Source: Candidatus Microgenomates bacterium (GTDB taxonomy: Bacteria; Patescibacteriota; Microgenomatia; UBA8517). Taken from it: 64,000 nt of DNA. Positions 10,568 to 24,517 of this stretch are shown here, piece after piece (position 1 is the stretch's first letter; each line of letters starts with the position of its first letter). The notes under the pieces are model-generated. The model saw nothing but the letters and a program-made list of their open reading frames with translations. It searched no databases and was not told the DNA's origin. Where the stretch lies: assembly GCA_049523135.1 (NCBI GenBank), contig JBEKNE010000001.1, forward strand, positions 542,809 through 606,808. Direction: 5' to 3'. The position numbers were made by a program, and so were the translations under genes.

Positions 10568-11016
10568 TTTTGTCTTAAATCGGACAAACATGTCGCATTT
10601 GTAACTTCATGCAAACCTTGAGCATCCTGCCATGAAACAGTAACGTCTGCTTCTATAGAATTTATACCGCAGGAACCGGGAAAAGTTAAATTTCTTGTAA
10701 ATGGTGTTCCGTTAATAGTCGTGCCGAGAGTACAAGCAATTGAAAATGACCATATTTGATCATCCAAACTATTTAAACAATACGACCCCTTGGTTGTGTT
10801 TACAAAAAAATCAGCAGGATCGGCGTCCCTTTGTCCTCTCAGCCATTCATTGGCCTGTTGGGCATAAGTTGCCGCCAAGGATTCATTTTTGGAATAAGAC
10901 GAATTTCGGATTGAACTAGTAGTCAATGAAACTATGGCAACAATAATAAGTGCAGAAATGGCAATTGCCACAACAAGCTCAAATAAACTTTGACCGCTTT
11001 CAAATTTTGATTTCAT
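10564..11016 (-). CDS. Minor pilin (PilV-like)
   Basis: SG|QSLFELVVA motif; VTVSW near the C-terminus. Confidence 0.8.
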   Translation of the reverse strand: MKSKFESGQSLFELVVAIAISALIIVAIVSLTTSSIRNSSYSKNESLAATYAQQANEWLRGQRDADPADFFVNTTKGSYCLNSLDDQIWSFSIACTLGTTINGTPFTRNLTFPGSCGINSIEADVTVSWQDAQGLHEVTNATCLSDLRQK

Positions 11017-11528
11017 TTAACGTCTCCTCCGGAACCGACAAGAATATTGGCCTGGCTTCCGGTTTGTATTTGAGTAACAGTAATTGTTGCCTGACTTCCG
11101 GCCGGAATATTTGTCCCCGAACCCAAACCTTTAAAAAAAATCGGATTTGTATCATTTGAAATGGAAATTTCGGGAGGTAGGGTAGCTGTTGGTTTTACGG
11201 GAACTGGTAAAACCGCACCATCGCAAACATAATATATAGAATAAGTTGTTGAAGAATCTATCGAAAAATTTATTCCATCAAGTGAATTACAACCGGATGA
11301 CGGTTTGGTACCTGATAATGCATCCTGTTGGGCAAGCCTTAAATCACCTTGAACCTGTTTTACTACTCCTGTCAGGGCCTGACGTCTGGAAAAATCCCTG
11401 AAACCAACATAACTCACAGAAAAAAGTATTCCTATGATTGTCAAACTAACCAAAAGTTCAATCAGGGTGTATCCATACACACTGACAAAATTCTTCCGAA
11501 TGGTTCTTATAAGTGTGTAACCTTTCAT
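11013..11528 (-). CDS. Minor pilin (FimU/GspH-like)
   Basis: YG|YTLIELLV; DLRLAQQDA; IFFKGLG. Confidence 0.85.
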   Translation of the reverse strand: MKGYTLIRTIRKNFVSVYGYTLIELLVSLTIIGILFSVSYVGFRDFSRRQALTGVVKQVQGDLRLAQQDALSGTKPSSGCNSLDGINFSIDSSTTYSIYYVCDGAVLPVPVKPTATLPPEISISNDTNPIFFKGLGSGTNIPAGSQATITVTQIQTGSQANILVGSGGDVK

Positions 11529-11980
11529 GGATTTATAACCTCATAATTACATGTACTGCAACTCCCGCAGTCTCCAGTGGGAATAGGTGATGCTGGAGGC
11601 TGTTCCAGTGTTGCACACAGCGTATATTTGTTATAAGTAACGCCATCCGACGCCAAAACCGGATAATATGGATAACTATCGGAAGTGACAGGATCGGTGG
11701 GAACATGGCTTATATAAGTATTTTTCGTCGAACAAGCAGATGATGGATCATCGACAGTCCCTACTAATTGGCTAGATAGAGCTGCAGGATAAGAATCACA
11801 ATCGGCCTTGTAAATTTCAAGTCCGCTTCTGATCTCTTCAAGATCCGATTTCCTTCTGGCATCACGTGCCGACTGGCGAGCTCCCTGAAGGCCAAAAACA
11901 GAAAGAGCAAGCAGGATTCCAATGATGGAAATAACAACCAAAAGTTCAATTAGTGTAAATCCCTTCTTCACAAAATTCAT
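11525..11980 (-). CDS. Type IV pilin, GspG-like
   Basis: KG|FTLIELLVVISIIGIL, ARDARRKSDL, PTDP, YTLCATLE. Confidence 0.9.
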   Translation of the reverse strand: MNFVKKGFTLIELLVVISIIGILLALSVFGLQGARQSARDARRKSDLEEIRSGLEIYKADCDSYPAALSSQLVGTVDDPSSACSTKNTYISHVPTDPVTSDSYPYYPVLASDGVTYNKYTLCATLEQPPASPIPTGDCGSCSTCNYEVINP

Positions 11981-11983
11981 ATA

Positions 11984-12475
11984 TTATTGTGTTAATCCTG
12001 CTGGACAAGCAGCATCATCAAAGGATGGTGTTTCTGACGAAACAAGTTTGCCCGACTGACCTGTTGAACATACAATCCAATACGTATTTGTCGCACTTTC
12101 AAGTTTAGCCCAAAGGATATACTCTGTAGCTAAAGCGTTTGATTGATAATGATATTGAAGATAAGAATTGTCGTTTGCATATTTCGGATCTTCGGGACAA
12201 TCTGAAGTGTTGGTCAAAAAACCTGAACTAACTAGAGCAGAGCATAAACCACTCGTAATAGTAGAGGCTGCAGAAGGAAAATAAAGACCGTTATTCTTAT
12301 TTGCATAGGATTCAAGTGCATTTCTATATTGAGAAAGGTCAGATTTTCTTTGAGTATCCCTCGCTTGTTTTTGAGCCGAAACAAAAGAAACCGTAAACAA
12401 CGCCACCAAAATCCCGATAATGGAAATAACAACAAGAAGTTCAATTAGTGTAAATCCCTTTATATTTTTTTTCAT
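11984..12475 (-). CDS. Type IV pilin, GspG-like
   Basis: KG|FTLIELLVVISIIGIL, ARDTQRKSDL, PEDP. Confidence 0.9.
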   Translation of the reverse strand: MKKNIKGFTLIELLVVISIIGILVALFTVSFVSAQKQARDTQRKSDLSQYRNALESYANKNNGLYFPSAASTITSGLCSALVSSGFLTNTSDCPEDPKYANDNSYLQYHYQSNALATEYILWAKLESATNTYWIVCSTGQSGKLVSSETPSFDDAACPAGLTQ

Positions 12476-12999
12476 TGTTGACTTACTTGAAACATCCAAC
12501 CGGTAGAACACCACGTTGTATCACTTGTAGCAATTCCACTAGTATCACTTTGGTTTTCCAGACATGCGGAAAGAGTGTAAGAATCAGTATCACTTGGGTC
12601 TGAAGCATTACCCATTACATATTTATAATTTTGAGTTGCAGAGGTCGGATCTTGAGACATAGGATCTTTCGGAAGAGTTTGCATATAAATAGTTGATCCG
12701 ATATTCCACTCGGTACCCCAAGTGCAAATAACAACTGTTCCGCCTCCGTTGGGATCACAAGCCACCATTTGATTACTACTGCTAGATGGATATCTTCCTT
12801 TGTCATTGTAATAAAGCCTGAGTGCGGTCTGAATATTTTTAAGATCTGATTTTCTTTCCACATCACGCGCGCGTGACCTCGCTGAATTTAAATTTGCCGC
12901 AACCAGCGTAGCCAAAATTCCTATTATGGAAATAACAACAAGAAGTTCGATAAGCGTAAATCCGGATTTTTTATATGATGATAGATTATGGGCAGACAT
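12472..12999 (-). CDS. Type IV pilin, GspG-like
   Basis: SG|FTLIELLVVISIIGIL, ARDVERKSDL, LPKDP. Confidence 0.9.
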   Translation of the reverse strand: MSAHNLSSYKKSGFTLIELLVVISIIGILATLVAANLNSARSRARDVERKSDLKNIQTALRLYYNDKGRYPSSSSNQMVACDPNGGGTVVICTWGTEWNIGSTIYMQTLPKDPMSQDPTSATQNYKYVMGNASDPSDTDSYTLSACLENQSDTSGIATSDTTWCSTGWMFQVSQQ

Positions 13000-13024
13000 A
13001 TTCTAATACTTATATTACTACATA

Positions 13025-13504
13025 CTATTGCGGTGGGGTAGTATTTGGGCTTGTTATTGCAAAATTACAGAGAGTATTTGTACCACAAGAATAACTTGTT
13101 GAAATTAATTCCGGATCTTGAGTATTTTCAAGATGGGCATAAAGCTGAAAACCCTGACCCGATAAAACAGTTGTATAAAAATAGCTATAAGAATATGTGG
13201 GATCTTTAGGTAAAGTCTTGAAATATATGGTCTTACCGTCAGTAAAATCGCCAGTTCCCCAAGAACAACTGCCGCCGGGGGAAGGACAACCGAGAATTTT
13301 ACCAGCTAATGCCGGAGGATAACTGCCGTAATCCGAATAATAAAGTTCGAGTGCACTGGAAATTTGTCCCAGATCGGACTTTCTTTCCGTATCCCTTCCC
13401 CTCATTTGAGCACTGGTAAATGTTTCCAGACCGATAGTAGCCAAGATCCCCAAAATGGCTATAACCACAAGGAGTTCAACCAACGTAAATCCCTTATTTT
13501 CCAT
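13025..13504 (-). CDS. Type IV pilin, GspG-like
   Basis: KG|FTLVELLVVIAILGIL, GRDTERKSDL, LPKDP. Confidence 0.9.
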   Translation of the reverse strand: MENKGFTLVELLVVIAILGILATIGLETFTSAQMRGRDTERKSDLGQISSALELYYSDYGSYPPALAGKILGCPSPGGSCSWGTGDFTDGKTIYFKTLPKDPTYSYSYFYTTVLSGQGFQLYAHLENTQDPELISTSYSCGTNTLCNFAITSPNTTPPQ

Positions 13505-14075
13505 TTTGTTTCTGTAATAAGTCATCATAAGCCTTTATTGAAATATTTATCGGCACGTTGTAGGAACGTCCGATATTGCAAATTCTGGTTCCGCAGTAAA
13601 GACCCCTGGCAATTATGCCCGGGTCGATTTCAGCTTCATCTTTAGCTTCCATTGACGCATAAATTTGGTACCTGTTCCCGTCAGTAAGATATAAATACTT
13701 TACACCCTTTTTATAATCCGGATCTTGAGGAAGCCTTTGCATATAAACTTCGCCTGTAATAAGGTTTGTGAATGCATCCGTTCCCCATTCGCAGGGGATT
13801 GGTGTATAGTCCCACCCGCCGGATTTATTTTTAATCGGCTTAGCTCCCGGTTTAAGACAATCAATAATGCGTCCGTCAGGTGTAGCCGCCGGCAAAGCAT
13901 TATTAAACTCTGCAAGATATTGATCAAACGCGTGATTAAGAGCTCCCATATCGTCTCTTCTTACCTGATCGCGGGCTTTTTCTAAACTAATAATAAAATT
14001 TGGGGTGGCTACTGCCGCCAAAACCAAAAAAATTACAATGAGTGAAATTATTTCGGGTTTGGTAAAAAATTTCAT
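13494..14075 (-). CDS. GspG-like pilin with a non-canonical N-terminus
   Basis: MKFFTKPEIISL..., ARDQVRRDDM, LPQDP; body matches the neighbouring pilins. Confidence 0.8.
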   Translation of the reverse strand: MKFFTKPEIISLIVIFLVLAAVATPNFIISLEKARDQVRRDDMGALNHAFDQYLAEFNNALPAATPDGRIIDCLKPGAKPIKNKSGGWDYTPIPCEWGTDAFTNLITGEVYMQRLPQDPDYKKGVKYLYLTDGNRYQIYASMEAKDEAEIDPGIIARGLYCGTRICNIGRSYNVPINISIKAYDDLLQKQNGK

Positions 14076-14080
14076 AATAA

Positions 14081-14737
14081 TTAATGCACGGCAATACATT
14101 GATTTCCGGAAACGCCGCATACGCCATAACATGTCGGGTTCTGGTAGTTAGGATCGCATTCAGGCCCCGGTATTGAGCTGTCCCATCCGATCGGTTGGCA
14201 ACTCCCGTTTATACAACCATAAAAATTCGAACCACCACTATTGCCACCGCTTGTACCTGTCGGGGTTGTCGTCTGAGTTATACCGGCAATATCAATAGGA
14301 GCATTTGGTGAACCTTGGACATAATTAAAGGCTTTATTAGGACCAATATTGGGAATTACCGACCCGTCTTGTGTATTTTGTAAAATAGAATAAATTTTGT
14401 ACCAACCCGGGCAATCAGGATTAGATGTGTCGTAAATATAAACAAACGGTACGTTCTTGACAGGATCACAAGGAATGTTATTCAAATAGGGATATATCTC
14501 ACTTGAACCACTATTCGCTCCGCAATAATCAATATCCTTAGGATAACAGTTGTGGTCCTTTTCATATTCTTCAACTGCAACCTGAATTCTATTGACATCT
14601 GCCTTTCTTTTTGCGTCATTTCCTTTAAAAATTTGTCCTGTGAAATAGGCGATAGTTATAGCCGACAAAATCGCAAGTAAAGCAACAACAATAAGAAGTT
14701 CAACTAATGTGAATCCAGAAAAGTATTTTTTCACCAT
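14081..14737 (-). CDS. Type IV pilin with a Cys-rich C-terminal extension
   Basis: SG|FTLVELLIV, NDAKRKADV, IPCDP, then T/G linker and Cys-rich tail. Confidence 0.88.
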   Translation of the reverse strand: MVKKYFSGFTLVELLIVVALLAILSAITIAYFTGQIFKGNDAKRKADVNRIQVAVEEYEKDHNCYPKDIDYCGANSGSSEIYPYLNNIPCDPVKNVPFVYIYDTSNPDCPGWYKIYSILQNTQDGSVIPNIGPNKAFNYVQGSPNAPIDIAGITQTTTPTGTSGGNSGGSNFYGCINGSCQPIGWDSSIPGPECDPNYQNPTCYGVCGVSGNQCIAVH

Positions 14738-15452
14738 AAATTAAAGCTAACGGAATTGCCAAAACTAAAAATGGTCCAAAAGCAATTTGACTTTTAAATC
14801 CTGCTTTTCTACCTAAAATAAGTATGCTTCCCACGATTGCACCTGTCAAGAAAGCTAAAAATAACCAAACCAAAAACAGTCGCGGGCCAACAATTAAACC
14901 CCCTAAGACCGCCAACTTAACATCTCCCAATCCCATTCCCCGGCCTTTAGTAACTAAATGGATAATTAAAAGTAAAACTGAAGCGGCAAGCCCAGTAAAA
15001 AGATTCGGGAAAAGAGAACTTCCATTAACAAAAATATAATAAAAAAATGCTAGTCCGATTCCACAAAACACGAATAAGTCGGGAATAATTTTTCCCTCCA
15101 AATCAATTACCAAAATCGAAATTAGTATCAAAAAAAGAATTAAGGAATAAATAAATTGAAAATAGTACGAAGAAAAATTTAAAAAAATAATCAAAAATCC
15201 TAAACCGGTGGAAAACTCAATCAGGGGATAGCGGAAAGAAATTTTTTTCCTGCAGTTTCTGCATTTTCCACCCAAAAACAAAAATGAGAGTAGGGGGATA
15301 TTGTCGTACCAAGCGATTTGTCTTTTGCAGTTCGGGCAAAAACTCCGACCTTTGGCAATAGAAATTTGTCTAGGATAACGCCAAGTTAAGGCCGCAACAA
15401 AAGATCCAAAAACTAAACCGAGAATAAAAATAAGAATATGAGGAAGAATCAT
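14700..15452 (-). CDS. pilD: Prepilin peptidase
   Basis: RSFCPNC..WYDNIP..GKCRNC, IDLE..IIPD, GMGLGDVKL, FGPFL. Confidence 0.95.
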   Translation of the reverse strand: MILPHILIFILGLVFGSFVAALTWRYPRQISIAKGRSFCPNCKRQIAWYDNIPLLSFLFLGGKCRNCRKKISFRYPLIEFSTGLGFLIIFLNFSSYYFQFIYSLILFLILISILVIDLEGKIIPDLFVFCGIGLAFFYYIFVNGSSLFPNLFTGLAASVLLLIIHLVTKGRGMGLGDVKLAVLGGLIVGPRLFLVWLFLAFLTGAIVGSILILGRKAGFKSQIAFGPFLVLAIPLALIYGEKILFWIHIS

Positions 15453-16121
15453 TTACTCCGGAACACACTCGGCACAGGTTGGTAGTGATCCAGCAGCAGT
15501 AGTCCAACCTGTAGCACCAGGAGTACCACAATTTTCGGTATAAACCGGAGTACCGGTTGCACTAAATCCGCCGTTAACATTAGTCATTTTGCACGGACCT
15601 GTAGCACTTCCTGATGTACAACTATTTATTAATGTTTGTCGGTTTGCACTCGACTTCGGTACCCAGCATACATATACTCCAGAAGAAGCACCCGAAGCTT
15701 TGCCAATAAAAAGCTTGTCACTTACTTGTGTAGCACCTATCCATGACTTACTTAAAAAGGAAGTTTCAAGTTCAAAAGAAGAAATCAAAGGAGCGGGTGA
15801 AGCGCTTGTATTCTGACATGAAGCACCTGTAGCCGCACACAAACCAACAGTTACATCGTCAGCACTAATCCATCCAAATGGGCTATCACTGGTTAATGCT
15901 GGATTTGATGTAACCCAGGGAAAAGCAGTTGTGCTAGCGTAATATCTCTGAATTGCAGAAACCAACTCACTCGCGTCATTCTTGTAGCCGGCGTCCCTTG
16001 CTTTATTTGCCTGCTCAATAGGATTAATGGCGGCAATGACCATCGTCGCAATGACACCAAGAAGTGCAATAACAATTAGAAGTTCTACAAGTGTAAATCC
16101 TTTAGACAGAATCCTTTTCAT
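15453..16121 (-). CDS. Type IV pilin (candidate major pilin)
   Basis: KG|FTLVELLIVIALLG, AINPIEQANKARD; directly downstream of pilC. Confidence 0.88.
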   Translation of the reverse strand: MKRILSKGFTLVELLIVIALLGVIATMVIAAINPIEQANKARDAGYKNDASELVSAIQRYYASTTAFPWVTSNPALTSDSPFGWISADDVTVGLCAATGASCQNTSASPAPLISSFELETSFLSKSWIGATQVSDKLFIGKASGASSGVYVCWVPKSSANRQTLINSCTSGSATGPCKMTNVNGGFSATGTPVYTENCGTPGATGWTTAAGSLPTCAECVPE

Positions 16122-16142
16122 TCCTTTATTAAGTATTAACCC

Positions 16143-17348
16143 TTAAATTTGACTTGTCAAGTTGTATATAGGGAGTATCACAGCAATAACCAAAAATCCG
16201 ACTCCTAGTCCCAAAATTACCATAACGATTGGTTCTATAGCGGCGGTCAAACCTTTAACTTCTTCGTCACTTTGAACTTCAAAAATATGACTGATCTTGG
16301 TTAAGACATCTTCCATTTTTCCCGTTTCTTCTCCGACCGCAACCATCTGGCTCAAGATAAAAGGAAAGGCTTCGGGATGGCGTGCAAAAGCAAAAGCCAT
16401 AGGAAATCCCTTTTCAACCTGTGCTGAAACATCTTTCAGAGCATCCGAAACTACAGTGTTGCTCACAACCTCTGAAGTAATATTTAAGGCTTCAAGAATG
16501 GGAACTCCCGCCCCAACCATTAAAGAAAGAGTGCGGGTAAGATCGGTCAAAACTATCTGGCGCTGTAAATTGCCAAAAACAGGAATTTTAAAAATAAGTT
16601 CATCGATCTTTCTCCTTCCGGCAGGGGTTGCCTTATACAAACGGTATCCATAAAGTCCACCGACGATCAGAACAATCATCAAAAACCAGAAATGAATAAA
16701 AAAATTCGAAATGCCAATCAAAATTAATGTCGGTAGAGGCAGAGTAGCGTTAAAATCCGCATAAAGAGAAAGAAGTTTAGGAATAACAAAAATCATCATT
16801 ATGAAAGTCACAATTACCATTCCGGTAATTATTATTACCGGATAAATAAGAGCTCCCTTAACTTTACTGCCAAACTCCTGCTGTTTTTCCAAACTGTCCG
16901 CAAGTTTTATAAGTACAGCATCCAGTACCCCTCCGACTTCTCCCGATTTCACAAGAGCAATGTAAGTTCTGCTAAAAACTTTCGGGTGTCTTCCCAAAGC
17001 ATTTGAAAAAGATTCACCGGCTTCTATATCCGCCAAAAGCTGGGCTACAATTTTTTGCATTGAACCCTTAGACTGAGAACGCAAAACCAAAAGACCTTCG
17101 GTGATGGGAAGGCCTGCAGTAATCATTGTAGAAAGCTGACGGGTAAAAGTGGATACATCGGAAGAAGTAATTCTATCCTGAAATCTTCTGATAAGCGCAA
17201 AGGGGGAGTCGATTTTGGCAGCAAGTGAAATCACATAATAACCGCGACTTTTTACAAGTCTGGCAGCTTCATTTATATTTATTGCCTCGACTTCGCCCTT
17301 AACAAGCTTTCCGTTTTTATCCTTGGCCTTGTAGTTAAATCGTTTCAT
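16143..17348 (-). CDS. pilC: Type IV pilus platform protein PilC
   Basis: Two T2SSF domains: FTRQLSTMITAGLP, GEVGG.L, VGEETGKME, IEP..PIY. Confidence 0.96.
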   Translation of the reverse strand: MKRFNYKAKDKNGKLVKGEVEAININEAARLVKSRGYYVISLAAKIDSPFALIRRFQDRITSSDVSTFTRQLSTMITAGLPITEGLLVLRSQSKGSMQKIVAQLLADIEAGESFSNALGRHPKVFSRTYIALVKSGEVGGVLDAVLIKLADSLEKQQEFGSKVKGALIYPVIIITGMVIVTFIMMIFVIPKLLSLYADFNATLPLPTLILIGISNFFIHFWFLMIVLIVGGLYGYRLYKATPAGRRKIDELIFKIPVFGNLQRQIVLTDLTRTLSLMVGAGVPILEALNITSEVVSNTVVSDALKDVSAQVEKGFPMAFAFARHPEAFPFILSQMVAVGEETGKMEDVLTKISHIFEVQSDEEVKGLTAAIEPIVMVILGLGVGFLVIAVILPIYNLTSQI

Positions 17349-17371
17349 TCAATTATCTTTTTATAGAAGGT

Positions 17372-18430
17372 TTAGGTACTCCTGACCAATCTCATAAGCT
17401 CTTCCGGACGAAGTGACCAACTTTGTGCCATTTCTAATGTAACAATTCCTTTTTTGACCAAATCCGCCAGAGATTTCTCCAAAGTACTCATTCCCGCCTC
17501 CTGAGAAGTTTCCAGAGTGCTTTCGATCTGATGAGTTTTACCGTCCCTGATTGCCGTTTTAATTGCAGTCGTACCCAGCATTACCTCATAAGCCACTGCC
17601 CGTCCTTTGGTGGTGGTTTGAATCAGTCTTTGCGAAAATACAGCTTCAAGAACATTGGAAAGTTGAAGCTGTACCTGCTTTTGCTGTTCATCGGGGAAGA
17701 CGTCAACAATTCTGTCAACCGACTGCGCGGCAGAATTTGTATGCAAAGTTGCAAACACAAGATGTCCCGTTTCCGCAACTGTCAGAGCGGCCGCAATTGT
17801 TTCATAATCCCGCATTTCACCAACCAGTACAACATCGGGGTCTTCCCTAAGAACGCTCCTTAGAGCAATTTCCCAAGAATGAGTATCGTTGTGCATTTCC
17901 CTTTGAGAAATAATAGATTTAATAGGACTAAAGACAAACTCTACAGGATCCTCAATTGTAACTATGTGGGCGGCTCTATTTTTATTAATCTCCTGAAGCA
18001 TTGCTGCCAAGGTAGTTGACTTTCCATGGCCGGTTGGACCCGTGATAAGAACCAAACCCTGTTTAAGAACCGTAAAAGAATGGAGAATGGGAGGAAGACC
18101 CAACGATTCTATCGAAGGTATCTCCAAAGGAATCAACCTGAAAGCTGCTGCAGAGGAACCTTTTTGTGTATAAGCATTAACCCGGAATCTTCCTTTCTCG
18201 GAAAAGGGAAATGAAAAATCCAATTCCCTGTTCACACTAAGTCGTTCCATTTGTTCACTTGTCAGAATTTCTTTAAGAAGTTCCGAGATTATATCCGGAG
18301 TCAAAACTCCGGTTCCGGGGAGGGGAATAAGCTCTCCGTCAATTCTAAGCGTGGGGGGAATACCGGTGATAAGATGCAAATCACTGGCTTTAGCGTCAAC
18401 CACTCCTTGTAACAATTGTTTTATATCCAT
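17372..18430 (-). CDS. pilT: Pilus retraction ATPase PilT
   Basis: ASDLHL, GPTGHGKSTT, LREDPDVVLVGEMRD, ETGHLVFATLHT, AIRDGK. Confidence 0.96.
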   Translation of the reverse strand: MDIKQLLQGVVDAKASDLHLITGIPPTLRIDGELIPLPGTGVLTPDIISELLKEILTSEQMERLSVNRELDFSFPFSEKGRFRVNAYTQKGSSAAAFRLIPLEIPSIESLGLPPILHSFTVLKQGLVLITGPTGHGKSTTLAAMLQEINKNRAAHIVTIEDPVEFVFSPIKSIISQREMHNDTHSWEIALRSVLREDPDVVLVGEMRDYETIAAALTVAETGHLVFATLHTNSAAQSVDRIVDVFPDEQQKQVQLQLSNVLEAVFSQRLIQTTTKGRAVAYEVMLGTTAIKTAIRDGKTHQIESTLETSQEAGMSTLEKSLADLVKKGIVTLEMAQSWSLRPEELMRLVRST

Positions 18431-18440
18431 AATTTTTTAG

Positions 18441-20177
18441 TTAGTCCTGAGCAACTCTCAGTACCTCTTCCACAGTAGTTATTCCTTCAACCGCTTTCAA
18501 GAATCCGTCTTGCTCTAGACTAATCATTCCTTCATCCGTAGCCTCTTTTTCAATCGCGGCTGCGGAAGAATGCTCCAAAATAAGTTTACCGATCTTCTCC
18601 GTAATGGGAATAACTTCAAAAATACCGATTCTGCCATAATAACCGGAGTTGCCACAATCCGGATCTCCTTTACCTCTGTAAAGTTTTACGTCCCCCTGGG
18701 GCTGCCAAAGATTTCCCAACTCCACCTTTATGCTTTCGACAACTTTCGGATCAGGGGTATAAGCTTCCTTACAATCATCGTGAATCTTTCTGACAACCCT
18801 CTGGGCAACAATGCAGGTCATAGATGAAGCAAGAAGATAAGGTTCTGCTCCCATATCAAGAAGCCTCGGAAGAGCTCCCGAGGCATCATTTGTATGCAAT
18901 GTCGAAAAAACAAGATGTCCGGTAAGTGCCGCCTGTACGGCCAAATCAGCAGTTTCGCGGTCACGAATTTCCCCGACAAGAATAATATTCGGGTCCTGCC
19001 GCAAGAATGCCCTAAGTCCGTCCGCAAAAGTAAGTCCCACGGCAGGGTTAATCTGCACCTGATTAACCCCCGGGATTCTATATTCGATAGGATCTTCCAA
19101 AGTAACAATGTTAACTTTAGCCGTATTAAGCTTAGAAATAATTGAATACAAAGTGGTTGTTTTACCGCTTCCGGTTGGGCCGCAGATAAGAATTATTCCG
19201 TGAGGTCTTAAAATTGCATCCTGAAGATTTTTAAGGCCGCGTCCGCGAAGTCCAAGTTCGGGTAGGTCCGGAACTCCGCCGCTTTTCTTAAGTAACCTCA
19301 TGACAATTTTTTCTCCCCAAGTTGTCGGCAAGGAGCTAATACGAAGATCAACTTCCTCATCGCTTCCTTTAAAATTAAAGCGGCCGTCCTGAGGAATTCT
19401 TTTTTCATCAATTTTCATTCCGCTTAAAATTTTAATTCTGGAAACAAGGGAATCGTGAAGCTCCTTGGGAATCGAAAGCTTTTCCTGCAAAATTCCGTCG
19501 ATGCGGTAACGCACGCGGGTCGACTGCTCTTCAGGCTCTATGTGGACATCGCTGGCCCTACTTTTAATAGCAAAGTCCAAAATTTGCGAAACTATCTGGG
19601 CAATTTTTTCCTCGCGGATAAATCCTCCCTTTCCATTCTCAAGAGTTGTAACTTCCTGTTTTTCGGGTGCAACATCTTTCAAGGCCGCCGTAACTTCCTG
19701 CGTTAACGAAGTTGTATAACGGGTTTGAACAAAATCATCAATCTGGGACGGAAGCGCAGCACAGGGCTTTACATGAAAGCCTGTTTTTTGTTCAATAAAT
19801 TCAATTGCGGAAAGGTCCAGGGGGTCAGCCATTGCCAGTACAATACTTTTGTCTTTTATATCTATGCTTATCGGAAAGACGCGGAAACGGGTGGCAACCT
19901 CGGAAGGAAGGGAAGATAAAGCGGCCGGGGCTACCGGAATGGAACTTAAATCAACATAAGGAATATTGTAAAGTTGGGCTCTTGCCTGAACCAGCTTGGC
20001 TTCAGGAACCATCGCACTTTTTCTGATTATGTCTTCCTGTGTAGAACCACTTTGAATTTCCGCAAGTTTTATTTGTTCTGCACGCTTGGCATCGAGAGCA
20101 CCGAGGGAAACCAAAACATCGGCTAAAGTGGTTCCGGTACCATTTGCATTGGGTTGAACAGGTTGGGTAGTGGGCAT
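18441..20177 (-). CDS. pilB: Pilus extension ATPase PilB/GspE
   Basis: T2SSE N-terminal domain, ASDVHIEP, PQDGR, GPTGSGKTTT, RQDPNIILVGEIRD. Confidence 0.96.
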   Translation of the reverse strand: MPTTQPVQPNANGTGTTLADVLVSLGALDAKRAEQIKLAEIQSGSTQEDIIRKSAMVPEAKLVQARAQLYNIPYVDLSSIPVAPAALSSLPSEVATRFRVFPISIDIKDKSIVLAMADPLDLSAIEFIEQKTGFHVKPCAALPSQIDDFVQTRYTTSLTQEVTAALKDVAPEKQEVTTLENGKGGFIREEKIAQIVSQILDFAIKSRASDVHIEPEEQSTRVRYRIDGILQEKLSIPKELHDSLVSRIKILSGMKIDEKRIPQDGRFNFKGSDEEVDLRISSLPTTWGEKIVMRLLKKSGGVPDLPELGLRGRGLKNLQDAILRPHGIILICGPTGSGKTTTLYSIISKLNTAKVNIVTLEDPIEYRIPGVNQVQINPAVGLTFADGLRAFLRQDPNIILVGEIRDRETADLAVQAALTGHLVFSTLHTNDASGALPRLLDMGAEPYLLASSMTCIVAQRVVRKIHDDCKEAYTPDPKVVESIKVELGNLWQPQGDVKLYRGKGDPDCGNSGYYGRIGIFEVIPITEKIGKLILEHSSAAAIEKEATDEGMISLEQDGFLKAVEGITTVEEVLRVAQD

Positions 20178-20265
20178 ATCAATCCATTATGCCGAATTTT
20201 ATTGTCTCTGACAAGTCTTAGGCTTGACTTAGTGATTTTAAAATGTAAATTGATAATTACTTAAT

Positions 20266-24140
<3,875 letters not shown>

Positions 24141-24204
24141 TAAATAAGGTTCTTAACCTCACAACAGAGACACAATCTCAAAAAACGATTTTAACTTAGA
24201 AAAA

Positions 24205-24462
24205 TTACTTTGCAGTTTTTACCGTCTTAACTACTGGTTTGGCGGTAGGGGATGGTGAAACTTTTATCTGCACTTGATTTTGTCCCATTGATTGACTTCC
24301 TGTTCCTTTGGTCATCGAAAGGGCCGCTAGAGCAAAAATAAGTAGGGCAAGAATTATAAGTAAAATGCTCAACTTATTATCAACTTTTGTAGTTGCAATT
24401 TTTCTAACTCTGCTGACTTTTGCGGATTTTTTTACTTTTCTAATTACTTTTCTTTTTGCCAT
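24205..24462 (-). CDS. Small membrane protein with a Lys/Arg-rich N-terminus
   Basis: GAGGTGA Shine-Dalgarno, TTGACA upstream, one TM helix. Confidence 0.7.
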   Translation of the reverse strand: MAKRKVIRKVKKSAKVSRVRKIATTKVDNKLSILLIILALLIFALAALSMTKGTGSQSMGQNQVQIKVSPSPTAKPVVKTVKTAK

Positions 24463-24517
24463 TTATAATCACCTCGGTTTCTTACATATCCAGTATTGTG
24501 TTAAACGAAACTTTATG

